Origin: an uncultured Bdellovibrio sp.
GTDB lineage: Bacteria; Bdellovibrionota; UBA1018
Assembly (NCBI GenBank): GCA_964490895.1
Contig: CAZBEI010000065.1
Coordinates: 1,192 to 65,191 of the forward strand
DNA length: 64,000 nt
Direction of reading: 5' to 3'
Of the stretch, positions 53,933-63,141 are shown piece by piece; position 1 is the stretch's first letter, and every line of letters begins with the position of its first letter. Position numbers and translations under genes: made by a program. The notes under the pieces were generated by a model that searched no databases, was not told the DNA's origin, and worked only from the letters and a program-made list of their open reading frames with translations.

Positions 53933-55266
53933 TTTGCCACCTTCAGATTAGCAATCTCGCCAAGGCCCTCGTGAAAAATTAAGCCTTCGATATTTTTACC
54001 GGCATGAAGCCCCTTTAATGTTAGGGGATAGGCACCGGCCGTTTGAGCGACCAATCGGCGTGTATAAATATTAAATTCAACACGAGAAAATGGGAGTTCC
54101 ACGTACTCAGTCGAGCCAAAAGCACCAAAATACAATCTCATGTTTCCGGTAATTGAAATCCCGTCAGGTTGAGAAAGATCCTCTGAGCTAATGAAATTCG
54201 CCGTGACCCTTTCGGGCAAATGGGATTGAGTATTCGTATTTTCAAGTTTCCCCTGGTAGATCCCAGCCAGAGACTGAATTTTTTCGTATCCAAGAGGAAA
54301 TAAGGGATAAGATGATCCGACTGAAAAAATAACTTCTCCTGTTTCTCCCATAAAACGGTTACTCCAGTGTCCTCGCATGTCTGCGCCCACAAACTGTCCA
54401 AAGAGTGAGACATTGAGACCCTCTTGTCTCAGAGTGAGTTGCCCACTGATCGGGTTAAAGGACACATCATCGTAGGAATAAGTCGTTTGCTCTGTGGAGT
54501 TATCATCCCCAAAAATCAATCTCAATGTCGCTCTCACGTTGATAGCGTCAGGAAGTTTGACTGACGTACTCAGAGCCAACTTCGCCAATTGGAGTTGGTT
54601 TGATTTATCCCAAAGGGCAAGGCCTCTGTATTCGCCCTTAATATGATGGAGGGGGTGATCAGAAATTTTGCCTGTTCCACCCGATGATACCGAGCGAACG
54701 AGTTCCAGGCTCCCCTGCTCGGAAGCACTAGGAGCAGACCAAGTTCCATGCAAGACCGCTCTGTTAGTAGAAACATCAAGATAGATGAAAATGTCTTTAT
54801 ATTGGCTATTATTCACAACCAAGTTCATCTTTGCAGTATTCAGATCAAAATCACCCTTACCAACAGAGAAACTCACAAACTCAGAGCTAGAGTCATTTGG
54901 CAAATTTGGCGGCGAATTTGGAGCCGCTTCTGAAAAATTAAAGCGAATGAACCCCGACAATGTTGGAACAAGAATGGGATCCACCTGTCCATCTTGAGTT
55001 TCAGGAACATTTTTAATTTCTAAATTCAAGGTTATATTTTCTTGAGTTCCGGCAGATCGTATAAACTTTCCGTGGTATTCCCCAGCGACTTGCTGGAGCT
55101 CTTTAGTTTTTGTCTGCGTTTTGAGCTGATTTCGCTCTCTTAAACTTTCTCTTTCGCTTTTGTTATTGGTCCCACATGAAACAAAAAAGACAATAGAAAT
55201 GCTTATTAGGACGCAGTGAAGCACAGATTGGATGATACTTGCTTTTACTTTCATACTTATGGCCAT
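53929..55266 (-). CDS. Lipoprotein with two copies of a novel ~100-aa module (paralog 1 of 3)
   Basis: Lipobox FVSC. Repeated blocks LRLIFGDDNSTEQTTYSYDDVSFNPISGQLTL and MRLYFGAFGSTEYVELPFSRVEFNIYTRRLVAQT. Confidence 0.5.
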   Translation of the reverse strand: MAISMKVKASIIQSVLHCVLISISIVFFVSCGTNNKSERESLRERNQLKTQTKTKELQQVAGEYHGKFIRSAGTQENITLNLEIKNVPETQDGQVDPILVPTLSGFIRFNFSEAAPNSPPNLPNDSSSEFVSFSVGKGDFDLNTAKMNLVVNNSQYKDIFIYLDVSTNRAVLHGTWSAPSASEQGSLELVRSVSSGGTGKISDHPLHHIKGEYRGLALWDKSNQLQLAKLALSTSVKLPDAINVRATLRLIFGDDNSTEQTTYSYDDVSFNPISGQLTLRQEGLNVSLFGQFVGADMRGHWSNRFMGETGEVIFSVGSSYPLFPLGYEKIQSLAGIYQGKLENTNTQSHLPERVTANFISSEDLSQPDGISITGNMRLYFGAFGSTEYVELPFSRVEFNIYTRRLVAQTAGAYPLTLKGLHAGKNIEGLIFHEGLGEIANLKVAK

Positions 55267-56087
55267 TTCTGCATTGTGACTCGTCCCACTTTTCCGAGTC
55301 CATCGGTATACAAGTCTCCCTCCGCTGTTGCATCGTAGGACATATACCCCTTAAAAGTAAGACCGTAGTTTTCGGTTTTAGCGGTCAAAAACCGACTGTA
55401 AGAATTAAACTGTACGTCCGTAAATTTTATTTCTATGTATTCTAGAGAATTGAAACTTCCAAGATACAATCTCAAATTTCCATTAATTGCTAACTTCGGT
55501 GTAGGGCCAGAGAGATCTTGGGTTGCAACAAATGACATTGTCAATCTTTCCGGAAGACTGGATTGGGGATTTGTGTTTGCAAGTATACCACGATAATATC
55601 CAGACAACTCTTTGACGTTTGTTGATGCAAGCGGTGGAACAGGAAAGTTGTCTTTTGTTGCTATAAATTTTCCAACCCGACCGACAATCGAAGAATACCA
55701 GTCCCCCTCAATTTGGCCCCCCTTAAGAATGGCTACGGCACTCACATCGCTTCCGTCGTTGGTAAATACCAGTTGTCCAGTGATGGGATTAAGGGGCACG
55801 TTCGCAAATTCGTAAGTTAGAAACTCATTCGAATCGGCTGCGCCAAAGATAATCCTCATATTAGCAGAAATTTTGAATTCTCCGCTCGGATTTGTTGTTT
55901 TTAAGGTGATCAGTCCGAACTGATAATAGTTAGTACCTTCATGCTGAAAGATAACCTTATAAAGTCCCGCAACTGAACTCACGTCCTGCGAGATAGCATA
56001 TTGAGAAAAGACAAGGGCAACCAAAAAAGTCGCTGAAAAAATTAAACGAGCCAAAGCTGAGCGTGACACTAATATAAAACGAAACAT
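55257..56087 (-). CDS. Secreted protein with two copies of the same novel module (paralog 2 of 3)
   Basis: Start at MFRFIL with RBS GAAGGGGGG. Blocks MRIIFGAADSNEFLTYEFANVPLNPITGQLVFT and LRLYLGSFNSLEYIEIKFTDVQFNSYSRFLTAKT. Confidence 0.5.
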   Translation of the reverse strand: MFRFILVSRSALARLIFSATFLVALVFSQYAISQDVSSVAGLYKVIFQHEGTNYYQFGLITLKTTNPSGEFKISANMRIIFGAADSNEFLTYEFANVPLNPITGQLVFTNDGSDVSAVAILKGGQIEGDWYSSIVGRVGKFIATKDNFPVPPLASTNVKELSGYYRGILANTNPQSSLPERLTMSFVATQDLSGPTPKLAINGNLRLYLGSFNSLEYIEIKFTDVQFNSYSRFLTAKTENYGLTFKGYMSYDATAEGDLYTDGLGKVGRVTMQKWP

Positions 56088-56194
56088 AGAACCCCCCTTC
56101 GCATGCATTCACCCTTGACGTATACCTATCTTGGGGTATATGTCAAGGCTAAGAAAAAATGCTGTAAAAAGAGAAAAACTAGGGGGGGTTTTAA

Positions 56195-56644
56195 ATGAAA
56201 TTTAAAAAATTAAGTGATTTGATCTCTGGGGTCTTTATTGTGGGAATACTGAGTTTAAGTATTTCAGCCTTAGCAGCTGATCTCCATTGCAGTATTTGTA
56301 GCATGAAAATCCCACAGAGTTCAAAAAACCATCTTGTCCTAAAAAACTTGGATCCCAAGAAACCATCTCTTCATGCTTGCTCACTATCTTGTGCGACTAA
56401 GGCCAGAAAATATGACCCAAAATACGCTCAAATAGAGGTTTCTAATTTTAATCATCCTGACGAATTTCTCTCTGGTGAAAAAGCTTTTTTTCTCATGAAG
56501 AGTGAAAAAATTCAGGCCGATCTTGGCCCAATGGCGATGCTCCCTTATTTTGGTGCTTTTAGTACAAAAGCAGAAGCAGAGGCAGCTCAAAAAAAATATG
56601 GGGACGGAGTCATTGTCCAAGGATTTGAGGGTGCTTTAAAATGA
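56195..56644 (+). CDS. nosL: NosL-family copper-binding lipoprotein (Cu chaperone)
   Basis: Signal peptide. CSICSM aligns to the NosL CxxCxM motif. C-terminal A.LGPMAMLPYFGAF..AEA.AAQKKYGG..V.F resembles NosL. Confidence 0.55.
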   Translation: MKFKKLSDLISGVFIVGILSLSISALAADLHCSICSMKIPQSSKNHLVLKNLDPKKPSLHACSLSCATKARKYDPKYAQIEVSNFNHPDEFLSGEKAFFLMKSEKIQADLGPMAMLPYFGAFSTKAEAEAAQKKYGDGVIVQGFEGALK

Positions 56645-57120
56645 GAACCCGCACACTTTTTTCGGCGGTTTTTTTGGGTCTGTTATTGGGTTGTGGTCCT
56701 ATGAATTCTCCCAAAAAAATAAACTCAGATGATCAAAATAAAAAAAAATCTTCTCCTACCGCCTCTGGAGCTACTCGAGTTTCAAAAAATAACCAGTTCT
56801 ATGTTTATGCAACACCTGTAAATCCATCTGCGTCTAATATACCAAGCTCCACGCGTCTAGAGATAGGCGAAAATACTTATCTCTTTCGGTTTTCGCATTG
56901 CGAAGATCTAAAAAATCCATCTGATCAAGCGACCCTCAAAATTACTTATTGGATGCCAGAGATGCCAGACATGGGCAAATCTGATGGAGTGGCCGTTCGT
57001 CAAACAGATGGATCTTATACATCGACACTTTTCTTTGGGATGCCAGGCCATTGGGAAATCACACTCAAAATGCAAGATGGAAATATACAGGATGATTATG
57101 TCTTTGATGAAAATTTCTGA
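56641..57120 (+). CDS. YtkA/FixH-like Met-rich copper-binding lipoprotein
   Basis: Lipobox LLGC. WMPEMPDMG Met motif and GMPGHWEITL block. Confidence 0.5.
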   Translation: MRTRTLFSAVFLGLLLGCGPMNSPKKINSDDQNKKKSSPTASGATRVSKNNQFYVYATPVNPSASNIPSSTRLEIGENTYLFRFSHCEDLKNPSDQATLKITYWMPEMPDMGKSDGVAVRQTDGSYTSTLFFGMPGHWEITLKMQDGNIQDDYVFDENF

Positions 57121-58057
57121 TATTTCGAAAAGCACTCTTTTGTTTTCATTTGTTTTCATTTGTTTTTCTGTACCTTCCTACGCTTCAAGCTGTTGTGCTG
57201 GAAGTGGAGGGCAAAGTCTTTGTGTTTTACCTTCGGAACAAAGCTACCAATTGGGGGCATCCAGTGCTTACCGGTCTATCGAAGGGCGCTTTGATCCTTA
57301 TGGACAATATACTGCCAATAAAGAGGGTGATCGCATTCGCTCCATTGTCACAGTTCTTGGAGCTGCCTATCGCCTTAATCATGATTGGCAGTTGGGTCTG
57401 AGTGTCCCCATTACAAGTAATCAGCAAAGTTTTTCTGGAAAAAACCATGGGGCAACCTCTCTGGGAGACCCTGCCTTTGAAGCGAGGTATACTTTTTTGG
57501 AGGACCTAAGCTTTCTCACATTTCGACCCGGACTTACTTTCTATGGAGGAGTTCGTTTGCCTGTTGGAAAATCTATTTATAATTCGACAGACCCTTACAA
57601 TGCAGATGCTGTGGGTGATGGAACAACGACTTTTCATATGGGGCTGAATGCCTCAAAAATCTATAGCCCAATAAAACTCACTTTTGATAGTGCATTTTTT
57701 TATCCGTTCAGTAAGAAAGTTACCGAAATGCGGGGAGACCCTGTTTCATCCCCCTACCCACTTAAAAGTGGAAACAAAGTGCAACTTCTAGAGAGCGCTG
57801 GTTATCTGGTCAATGAACACTGGAGTGGCACTTTAGGTGTAAAGCAGCTTTGGATTTTCGAAAGCTCTCTCAATTCAGAGCCTGTATTGGGCTCTGCGGG
57901 GCGTCTTTTTTCGAGTCTCATCACACTTAATTATTTTCACAACGCTTCTTTAGGTTTGGGTCTCACTTATGAAACAGCATTTCCATTTTACCATTACCTA
58001 GCGAATCAGCCCTATGTCCAACAAATTTCTTTGGCCGCAACTTATGGAGGATTTTAA
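57107..58057 (+). CDS. Outer-membrane beta-barrel channel protein
   Basis: Start at MKISDISKS with signal peptide; the track ORF starts at 56984. Amphipathic strands. Ends ..AATYGGF. Confidence 0.5.
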   Translation: MKISDISKSTLLFSFVFICFSVPSYASSCCAGSGGQSLCVLPSEQSYQLGASSAYRSIEGRFDPYGQYTANKEGDRIRSIVTVLGAAYRLNHDWQLGLSVPITSNQQSFSGKNHGATSLGDPAFEARYTFLEDLSFLTFRPGLTFYGGVRLPVGKSIYNSTDPYNADAVGDGTTTFHMGLNASKIYSPIKLTFDSAFFYPFSKKVTEMRGDPVSSPYPLKSGNKVQLLESAGYLVNEHWSGTLGVKQLWIFESSLNSEPVLGSAGRLFSSLITLNYFHNASLGLGLTYETAFPFYHYLANQPYVQQISLAATYGGF

Positions 58058-58495
58058 ATGAAACAATCAACACTGAATGTCTTTGGGCTTAGTAACTGGT
58101 TAGCAGTTACTCTAATTTTTGGAATTTTCAGTCTGGGATCCAACTCTGGCTGGACTGACTCAAATCCTATAAAGTTTGATCCTGCAGAGCCAAGTGCGGG
58201 TGGGAACTATCAAGTTTCAGGCAATTGGTTAGAACTCAAGCGGGGCTGGAATGTCTTAACTCTTCAAATTGTAGATTCTAACTCCAATCCTGTCACTGGG
58301 GCAGAGCTAAAAGTTATCTACGACATGGTTGGAATGCCCATGAATCCTCCCAATAAGCCAGTAGAGGAAAAGGGGGAGGGTCGTTACAATAAACAGGTTT
58401 TTTTAGGGATGCGAGGTCAATGGAAATTTGATCTGACGATCCACAAAGACACTGTAGAAGACACGCTCTCACACATTGAAAACGTTAAAAATTAG
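58058..58495 (+). CDS. Second YtkA/FixH-like Met-rich lipoprotein (paralog of 56641-57120)
   Basis: YDMVGMPMNPP and GMRGQWKFDLTI blocks parallel the first copy. Confidence 0.5.
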   Translation: MKQSTLNVFGLSNWLAVTLIFGIFSLGSNSGWTDSNPIKFDPAEPSAGGNYQVSGNWLELKRGWNVLTLQIVDSNSNPVTGAELKVIYDMVGMPMNPPNKPVEEKGEGRYNKQVFLGMRGQWKFDLTIHKDTVEDTLSHIENVKN

Positions 58496-58532
58496 AAATA
58501 TTGAGAGTGAGTATTGGTTCTAAGGAGGTTTT

Positions 58533-60131
58533 ATGAAAGTTCTCTATTTTTTATTTTTGCAGCTTTTACTGTCCACTATAATTGCACCCACAAATGCACA
58601 GACTAGCGAAGGCTCCGTATTTGGAAGATATCTGGGTGTTCTTGAACACGAAAGAACGGGAGAACAGCAGTTAGCTAAACTTGATTTTATACTGGACCGA
58701 AATGAGGGTTCAACGCTTGCTTTGAAAGCAATTCTGACATTGCATTTTGGAGATTATACAAGCCAAGAATACGCTGCATTTCATTTTAATCAGGTTCAAT
58801 TCAATCTGCTGACTTCTAGTCTTGTCTTTGATCAGCCTGATCAAGACGTGAGAGTTGTTGTAGAGCGATTCGAGGGTGGAGTGCTTTCGGGCACGTTAAA
58901 ATCAAATATTTTTGGAACCGTAGGAAAAATAAAATTACAAAGAGATGAGGGCCAGAGTGCTGTTCTAAGCTCACTCCCTTTGATTGAACCCGTGCAGGGC
59001 GAATACAAGGGTAAATGCAATAACAAAGAGTCCTGGTTAAGACTCTTTACCTATCGAGCTACCGAAGATATTACTAAAACTGGAAACCCATTTGGGGCCT
59101 ATGAAATAGTGGGTCACATTGCCCAATATGATTTTGCTCTTTGCGGGCCAGACCCTGAAAGACCTTGTGTTTTAGCAGAGTATAATGCAGGTTCTTATGA
59201 TTATTTTTCGCAGGAGCTTAAGCTGATCGGAAGACTGAGCCGACTAAAATGTAAAAAAATAGGATCACAGTTGAATTGTGATTCTTGTCAATTTCAAAGA
59301 GTTTCGAATGAAAACGAATTAAAAAACCTACACCCACCCACATCAGTACCAGAACTTTTTGTATTAAGCTCTGATAGTTCTCCTCACCCATCACAACCGA
59401 TGTCTATCAGTGGCGAATACGAAGGATATTTGTATCATGAGTATTTGAACACCTATCAAAAAGCACGAATTGATCTTTCAACTTTTCAAACAATAGAAAA
59501 TGGAGAAAGTCACTTCAAAGTATCGGCAGCCGCACGGCTTATTTTTGGCAATGGCAATAAAGAAGCCGAGGAGATTTTGAGTTACCGCTTTGATAATGTG
59601 GACTACCCAAACCCAACCCGACCTTTTCAACTTGTATTTGCTCGTTCCTCAGCTGATGTGGATGCTATCATTCGGATTTCGTCTTTTAAGGATGGAGTGA
59701 TTAAAGGCGAATGGTTTTCTCTCATGTTTGGCCGAGTGGGTGCTTTTGAACTCCGGAAAAAAGAGTTAGAGCAGCTACCCACCCCAAAACAACTCATGAC
59801 AGGTCTTACAGGTGAGTATAAAAACAGCACGTGGTTCATTAGTCTTGCTGCTCGATTAGGAAGAACACCTATTAATACAGATAATCCATTTTTCCCTTTG
59901 CAGTTGGAAGGGTTTGTTGGTCCTAATAATAGATTTTTTAGAAAAGATGACATCCAAAGAGGAAGTTATGATTTTTACACTGGAAAATTTGCATTACTCT
60001 ATGACAATAATTATTTACTAACCGGAACTCGATTTCAAGATGGAAATTTTTCCCTTTCTTACGTTGCCAATAAGTTTGCTGTATTGGCTCAGAATTTTTA
60101 TCCAGATCTTTATAAAAAAATAAATGAATAG
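58533..60131 (+). CDS. Secreted protein with two copies of the novel module plus a Cys-rich insert (paralog 3 of 3)
   Basis: RBS AAGGAGG. Blocks LTLHFGDYTSQEYAAFHFNQVQFNLLTSSLVFDQ and ARLIFGNGNKEAEEILSYRFDNVDYPNPTRPFQLVF. Confidence 0.5.
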   Translation: MKVLYFLFLQLLLSTIIAPTNAQTSEGSVFGRYLGVLEHERTGEQQLAKLDFILDRNEGSTLALKAILTLHFGDYTSQEYAAFHFNQVQFNLLTSSLVFDQPDQDVRVVVERFEGGVLSGTLKSNIFGTVGKIKLQRDEGQSAVLSSLPLIEPVQGEYKGKCNNKESWLRLFTYRATEDITKTGNPFGAYEIVGHIAQYDFALCGPDPERPCVLAEYNAGSYDYFSQELKLIGRLSRLKCKKIGSQLNCDSCQFQRVSNENELKNLHPPTSVPELFVLSSDSSPHPSQPMSISGEYEGYLYHEYLNTYQKARIDLSTFQTIENGESHFKVSAAARLIFGNGNKEAEEILSYRFDNVDYPNPTRPFQLVFARSSADVDAIIRISSFKDGVIKGEWFSLMFGRVGAFELRKKELEQLPTPKQLMTGLTGEYKNSTWFISLAARLGRTPINTDNPFFPLQLEGFVGPNNRFFRKDDIQRGSYDFYTGKFALLYDNNYLLTGTRFQDGNFSLSYVANKFAVLAQNFYPDLYKKINE

Positions 60132-60141
60132 GAGAGTCGAT

Positions 60142-61152
60142 ATGAGGTTTAAATTTTTTGAAAATGCTATTGCCTTTACAGTAAGCTGCGTTTTTATCCT
60201 ATTATTGTCTCAAGAAGGGTTTACTTACCCCAGCATAAGAACATACCTTGGAAAAAGCTTTCTTGGAAAATCAGCCGAAAATAAAAAGCAGTGCGAAGAC
60301 CTTTTGCCAAAATTAGTTGCAACAATCGATCATGTTAAAGAATCAGGGATTAAAGTGGTTCATAGTCAATGTAGGGAAAATGAAAATTCCTATCAAATAG
60401 AGATTGATTATGGATATCAGCTCTCGGATCCACTCTATTCTGATATTCTTACACCCAAATCTCAAAATTCATGCTCCACAGATGTTCTAGATGTTAGACA
60501 AAGGCTATCGGAGGCAAAAAACAGTCTTTATTTACTAGATGTGTATTGCAAACCTGATGGAGAAAACGAAAGAATTCAAATCGATTACTTTAATCCAGAA
60601 CATTTAGTTTTAGTTCAAATAGAATATCCATTGCAGTTTTCTAAGCATAGTGACTGCGAAGCAGAGTCCTCTCGTCTATTCAAATCTATTTCTAGTAGCG
60701 TGATTTTCGCACTTCGAAACTATTGCAGAAGGGTCACCTATAGTACCACCGGAGAGATTTCGTTTCGCTCTATCGTTGATTATTATAAGCCTATCTACAA
60801 ATCCATTAGAACTGAAATCGTGCTAAGCACAACGGACAAAACCGAATGTGTCCACCAGTTAGAGGTTGTGAAGGCAAAATTCAATCAGCATAAGTTCACA
60901 GATATTTTTTTGGCTTGCACTTTAGAAGGTGGTTTGTTTATGGGGGTTTTGGCTTTTGTAGAAACTACGGATAGAAGTTTAAGCTTTGTTTCGCCTGAGC
61001 ATTTTTATGACAAGAAGACTTGCGAACAAAAAGGAGAACTCATGTCACGGTACTATGAAAAATTAAACACACCTGTTGTGCATTGGAGTTGTACACAGCA
61101 GTACGTCAATGGCTCATATGATCTATTGTTTTTTTATTACTATCAAATTTAA
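60142..61152 (+). CDS. Secreted hypothetical protein (Cys-rich)
   Basis: Start at MRFKFF with RBS AGGAGAG; the track ORF starts at 60124. Signal/TM anchor. No recognised domain. Confidence 0.4.
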   Translation: MRFKFFENAIAFTVSCVFILLLSQEGFTYPSIRTYLGKSFLGKSAENKKQCEDLLPKLVATIDHVKESGIKVVHSQCRENENSYQIEIDYGYQLSDPLYSDILTPKSQNSCSTDVLDVRQRLSEAKNSLYLLDVYCKPDGENERIQIDYFNPEHLVLVQIEYPLQFSKHSDCEAESSRLFKSISSSVIFALRNYCRRVTYSTTGEISFRSIVDYYKPIYKSIRTEIVLSTTDKTECVHQLEVVKAKFNQHKFTDIFLACTLEGGLFMGVLAFVETTDRSLSFVSPEHFYDKKTCEQKGELMSRYYEKLNTPVVHWSCTQQYVNGSYDLLFFYYYQI

Positions 61153-61213
61153 ATAGGGAGAAAAATAGGGTCTGATCTAAAATAGTTAGGAGTGGACTAC
61201 AATCAATAAATGT

Positions 61214-61729
61214 TCAATTAAGAGCCCCCTCTTTTTTTAGAAACTTTGATCTATTTATAGCAGTTAAAATATTGCCTATGGCAACTTTTCCACTCCAACT
61301 GCCAACAAGATTTCTTTCGCGATTAAACAGAAAAATTTGTGGAACTGATTTTATTTCACCAGAAAGCGTCTTTGATGCGTCTTTACTTGGAATCCATTGT
61401 TCATATTGAGGCTGAAAATGTGAGACAAACGCTTCTATTTCTTTTTTTCTAGATTGAATAGGAATCCCTAAAATAAAAAGCCGCTTTTCTTCATGGTTGA
61501 TACTTTTTAGGAGTGCGTTTAACTCTTGAACCTCTTGGCCACATGGGGCACAAAATGGGCTCCAGAATTGAAGCAACACAAAATCTTCTTTGATCTTGTG
61601 GAGTTGGGTTCTGATTTCTGGTTGCTCATTGATTTTAATTGGGCTGTCTTGCACAGATGCCTTTAGTTCTAAAGCTGAAAAAACAATTAAACCACAAGTA
61701 AGGCTCATCACTAGATTTTGAAATCTCAC
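61214..61729 (-). CDS. TlpA/ResA-like periplasmic thiol-disulfide oxidoreductase
   Basis: Signal peptide and FWSPFCAPCGQE CxxC thioredoxin-fold motif. Confidence 0.65.
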   Translation of the reverse strand: MRFQNLVMSLTCGLIVFSALELKASVQDSPIKINEQPEIRTQLHKIKEDFVLLQFWSPFCAPCGQEVQELNALLKSINHEEKRLFILGIPIQSRKKEIEAFVSHFQPQYEQWIPSKDASKTLSGEIKSVPQIFLFNRERNLVGSWSGKVAIGNILTAINRSKFLKKEGALN

Positions 61730-61916
61730 ATGGTTTTTTATCTGGGTTATAGAAGTTTGTAAAGTTCAATACTTTACGCATTATTTGGGGATAAAAAATG
61801 GGCATTCCTCAAAAACAGAAACAATATTTGCTATCAGCTCAATCAACGCATCCAGGGCCCCTGCCAGGGGTGGGCCTTGAAACTCTGGATTTCCTGCTAA
61901 GGAAGATTATTATCTA

Positions 61917-62270
61917 TCAAAAACTAATTCCAAATTTTTTGAGCAATGAAATATAACACATGTATCCAATTAACATGAGAACACAAGAAAGGGTCATTGC
62001 CCATTCAAATCGAACACCATTTCTCAGCAAAATAGGAAGACTTAATAAAAATAAAAATGACGGGAGAATTGCCCAAAAAATATTTATGGAAAGATCGGCT
62101 ACTTTTCCAGTGTCTTTGGTATCTGAGTAAAGCCATAACATGGTCATGAGCGAAGTCATTGGTAAAGCTGCTAAAATCGCAGCAAAAGCGGATGACCTTT
62201 TTCCAATTTCAGAAACTGCCGAAATAATTAAAGCTGAAATGACAGTTTTAAGAATAAATCTCATTAACAA
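61917..62270 (-). CDS. Hypothetical small membrane protein
   Basis: 117 aa, three or four TM helices. Confidence 0.4.
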   Translation of the reverse strand: MLMRFILKTVISALIISAVSEIGKRSSAFAAILAALPMTSLMTMLWLYSDTKDTGKVADLSINIFWAILPSFLFLLSLPILLRNGVRFEWAMTLSCVLMLIGYMCYISLLKKFGISF

Positions 62271-62311
62271 TACCTCCCCTGTTTCTTTTTTTTCACATGA
62301 ACCTCCTCGAC

Positions 62312-62641
62312 CTAAAAATGATGAGCATAAATTAGTCCTGTCTCCTCCAGCTTCAAAAGGAGGTCCCTTCTTTGTTGAGCAAGATTTTTTAGACGTTGCC
62401 TTTTGTATGGATGGATCTTGGCAATATCAAAAACGACTAACGCCAGTTCTGTAACTTTTGGATCTGGAGAAGTCTTGAGCAGTTCAAGCCACTTGATATT
62501 TTTCAAGGAGATGTGGGACTGCTTTAAAAACCCAAAGATCTCATCTTTCTGCTCGATAGTGTCACGTATCTCAATAGGCATCCGATTGCAATCTTTACAA
62601 ATATGATTCCTGTGACCACCACCCAAAGGGGAAAAGGTCAA
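62312..62641 (-). CDS. Hypothetical protein
   Basis: 109-aa ORF. Has a CKDC motif; no recognised domain. Confidence 0.3.
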   Translation of the reverse strand: MTFSPLGGGHRNHICKDCNRMPIEIRDTIEQKDEIFGFLKQSHISLKNIKWLELLKTSPDPKVTELALVVFDIAKIHPYKRQRLKNLAQQRRDLLLKLEETGLIYAHHF

Positions 62642-62664
62642 GGTATGTCCCTTGTAACCCCTTT

Positions 62665-63024
62665 TTGTATGCTGAACTAAGCCAGCTGATTCAAGCTAAA
62701 AGGCTTTTGCCAGAGCAAACCTTATTCAGCTCTGAAAAGGGGACTCCGATTGATCATGATAATTTTGTGGGCCGATATTTTGAAAAAGACCTCAAAGATG
62801 CGGGGTTAAAAAAAATTCGGTTTCATGACTTGCGACATACGGGAGTGACTTTGATGGTTGCAGAAGGACTAGACTTAAAAACAGTCAAAGAAATCTGCGG
62901 TCACAAAGATATCTCTACAACAATGAAGTATGTGCACTTAGTAGCAGATTGTATTAAAAATGTTGCAAAAGTATTCGCAATAGTGCCTGCTGCAGCATGT
63001 CCAAAGCTTCGTCTTGTCAGTTAG
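62665..63024 (+). pseudogene. Tyrosine recombinase/integrase C-terminal fragment (N-terminally truncated)
   Basis: Catalytic-domain blocks RFHDLRHTGVTLMVAEG and GHKDISTTMKYVHL (active-site Arg, His and Tyr). Only ~119 aa, with an upstream in-frame stop. Confidence 0.7.
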
Positions 63025-63061
63025 TTTTTGAGTGAGGGCAGAGTTCTGAGCATGGTTAGAC
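62848..63061. repeat. Right copy of the ~215-bp direct repeat
   Basis: Aligns with 3885-4101. Confidence 0.7.
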
Positions 63062-63091
63062 AAGCATGACTTGCTAAGCCCTTGAAATCAT

Positions 63092-63141
63092 TGGAGCCGA
63101 CGGCCGGAATCGAACCGGCGACCTACGCTTTACGAAAGCAT
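63092..63141 (-). tRNA. tRNA-Thr(CGT) 3' fragment (anticodon arm, variable loop, T-arm, acceptor 3' strand, CCA); no D-arm or 5' acceptor strand, att-site-like remnant
   Basis: The reverse complement reads ATGCTTTCGTAAAGCGTAGGTCGCCGGTTCGATTCCGGCCGTCGGCTCCA. T-arm GCCGG/TTCGATT/CCGGC, anticodon loop TTCGTAA. The upstream sequence cannot form a D-arm. Confidence 0.5.

Larger units (their letters stand above)
3885..63061. mobile_element. Putative decayed integrative genomic island (~59 kb) bounded by direct repeats of an integrase 3' end; tRNA-Thr 3' fragment just outside the right repeat
   Basis: Direct repeats at 3885-4101 and 62848-63061. Both integrase copies are truncated. An att-like tRNA 3' fragment lies at 63092-63141. 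Cargo is respiratory, metal-handling and TA-like genes. Confidence 0.35.
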
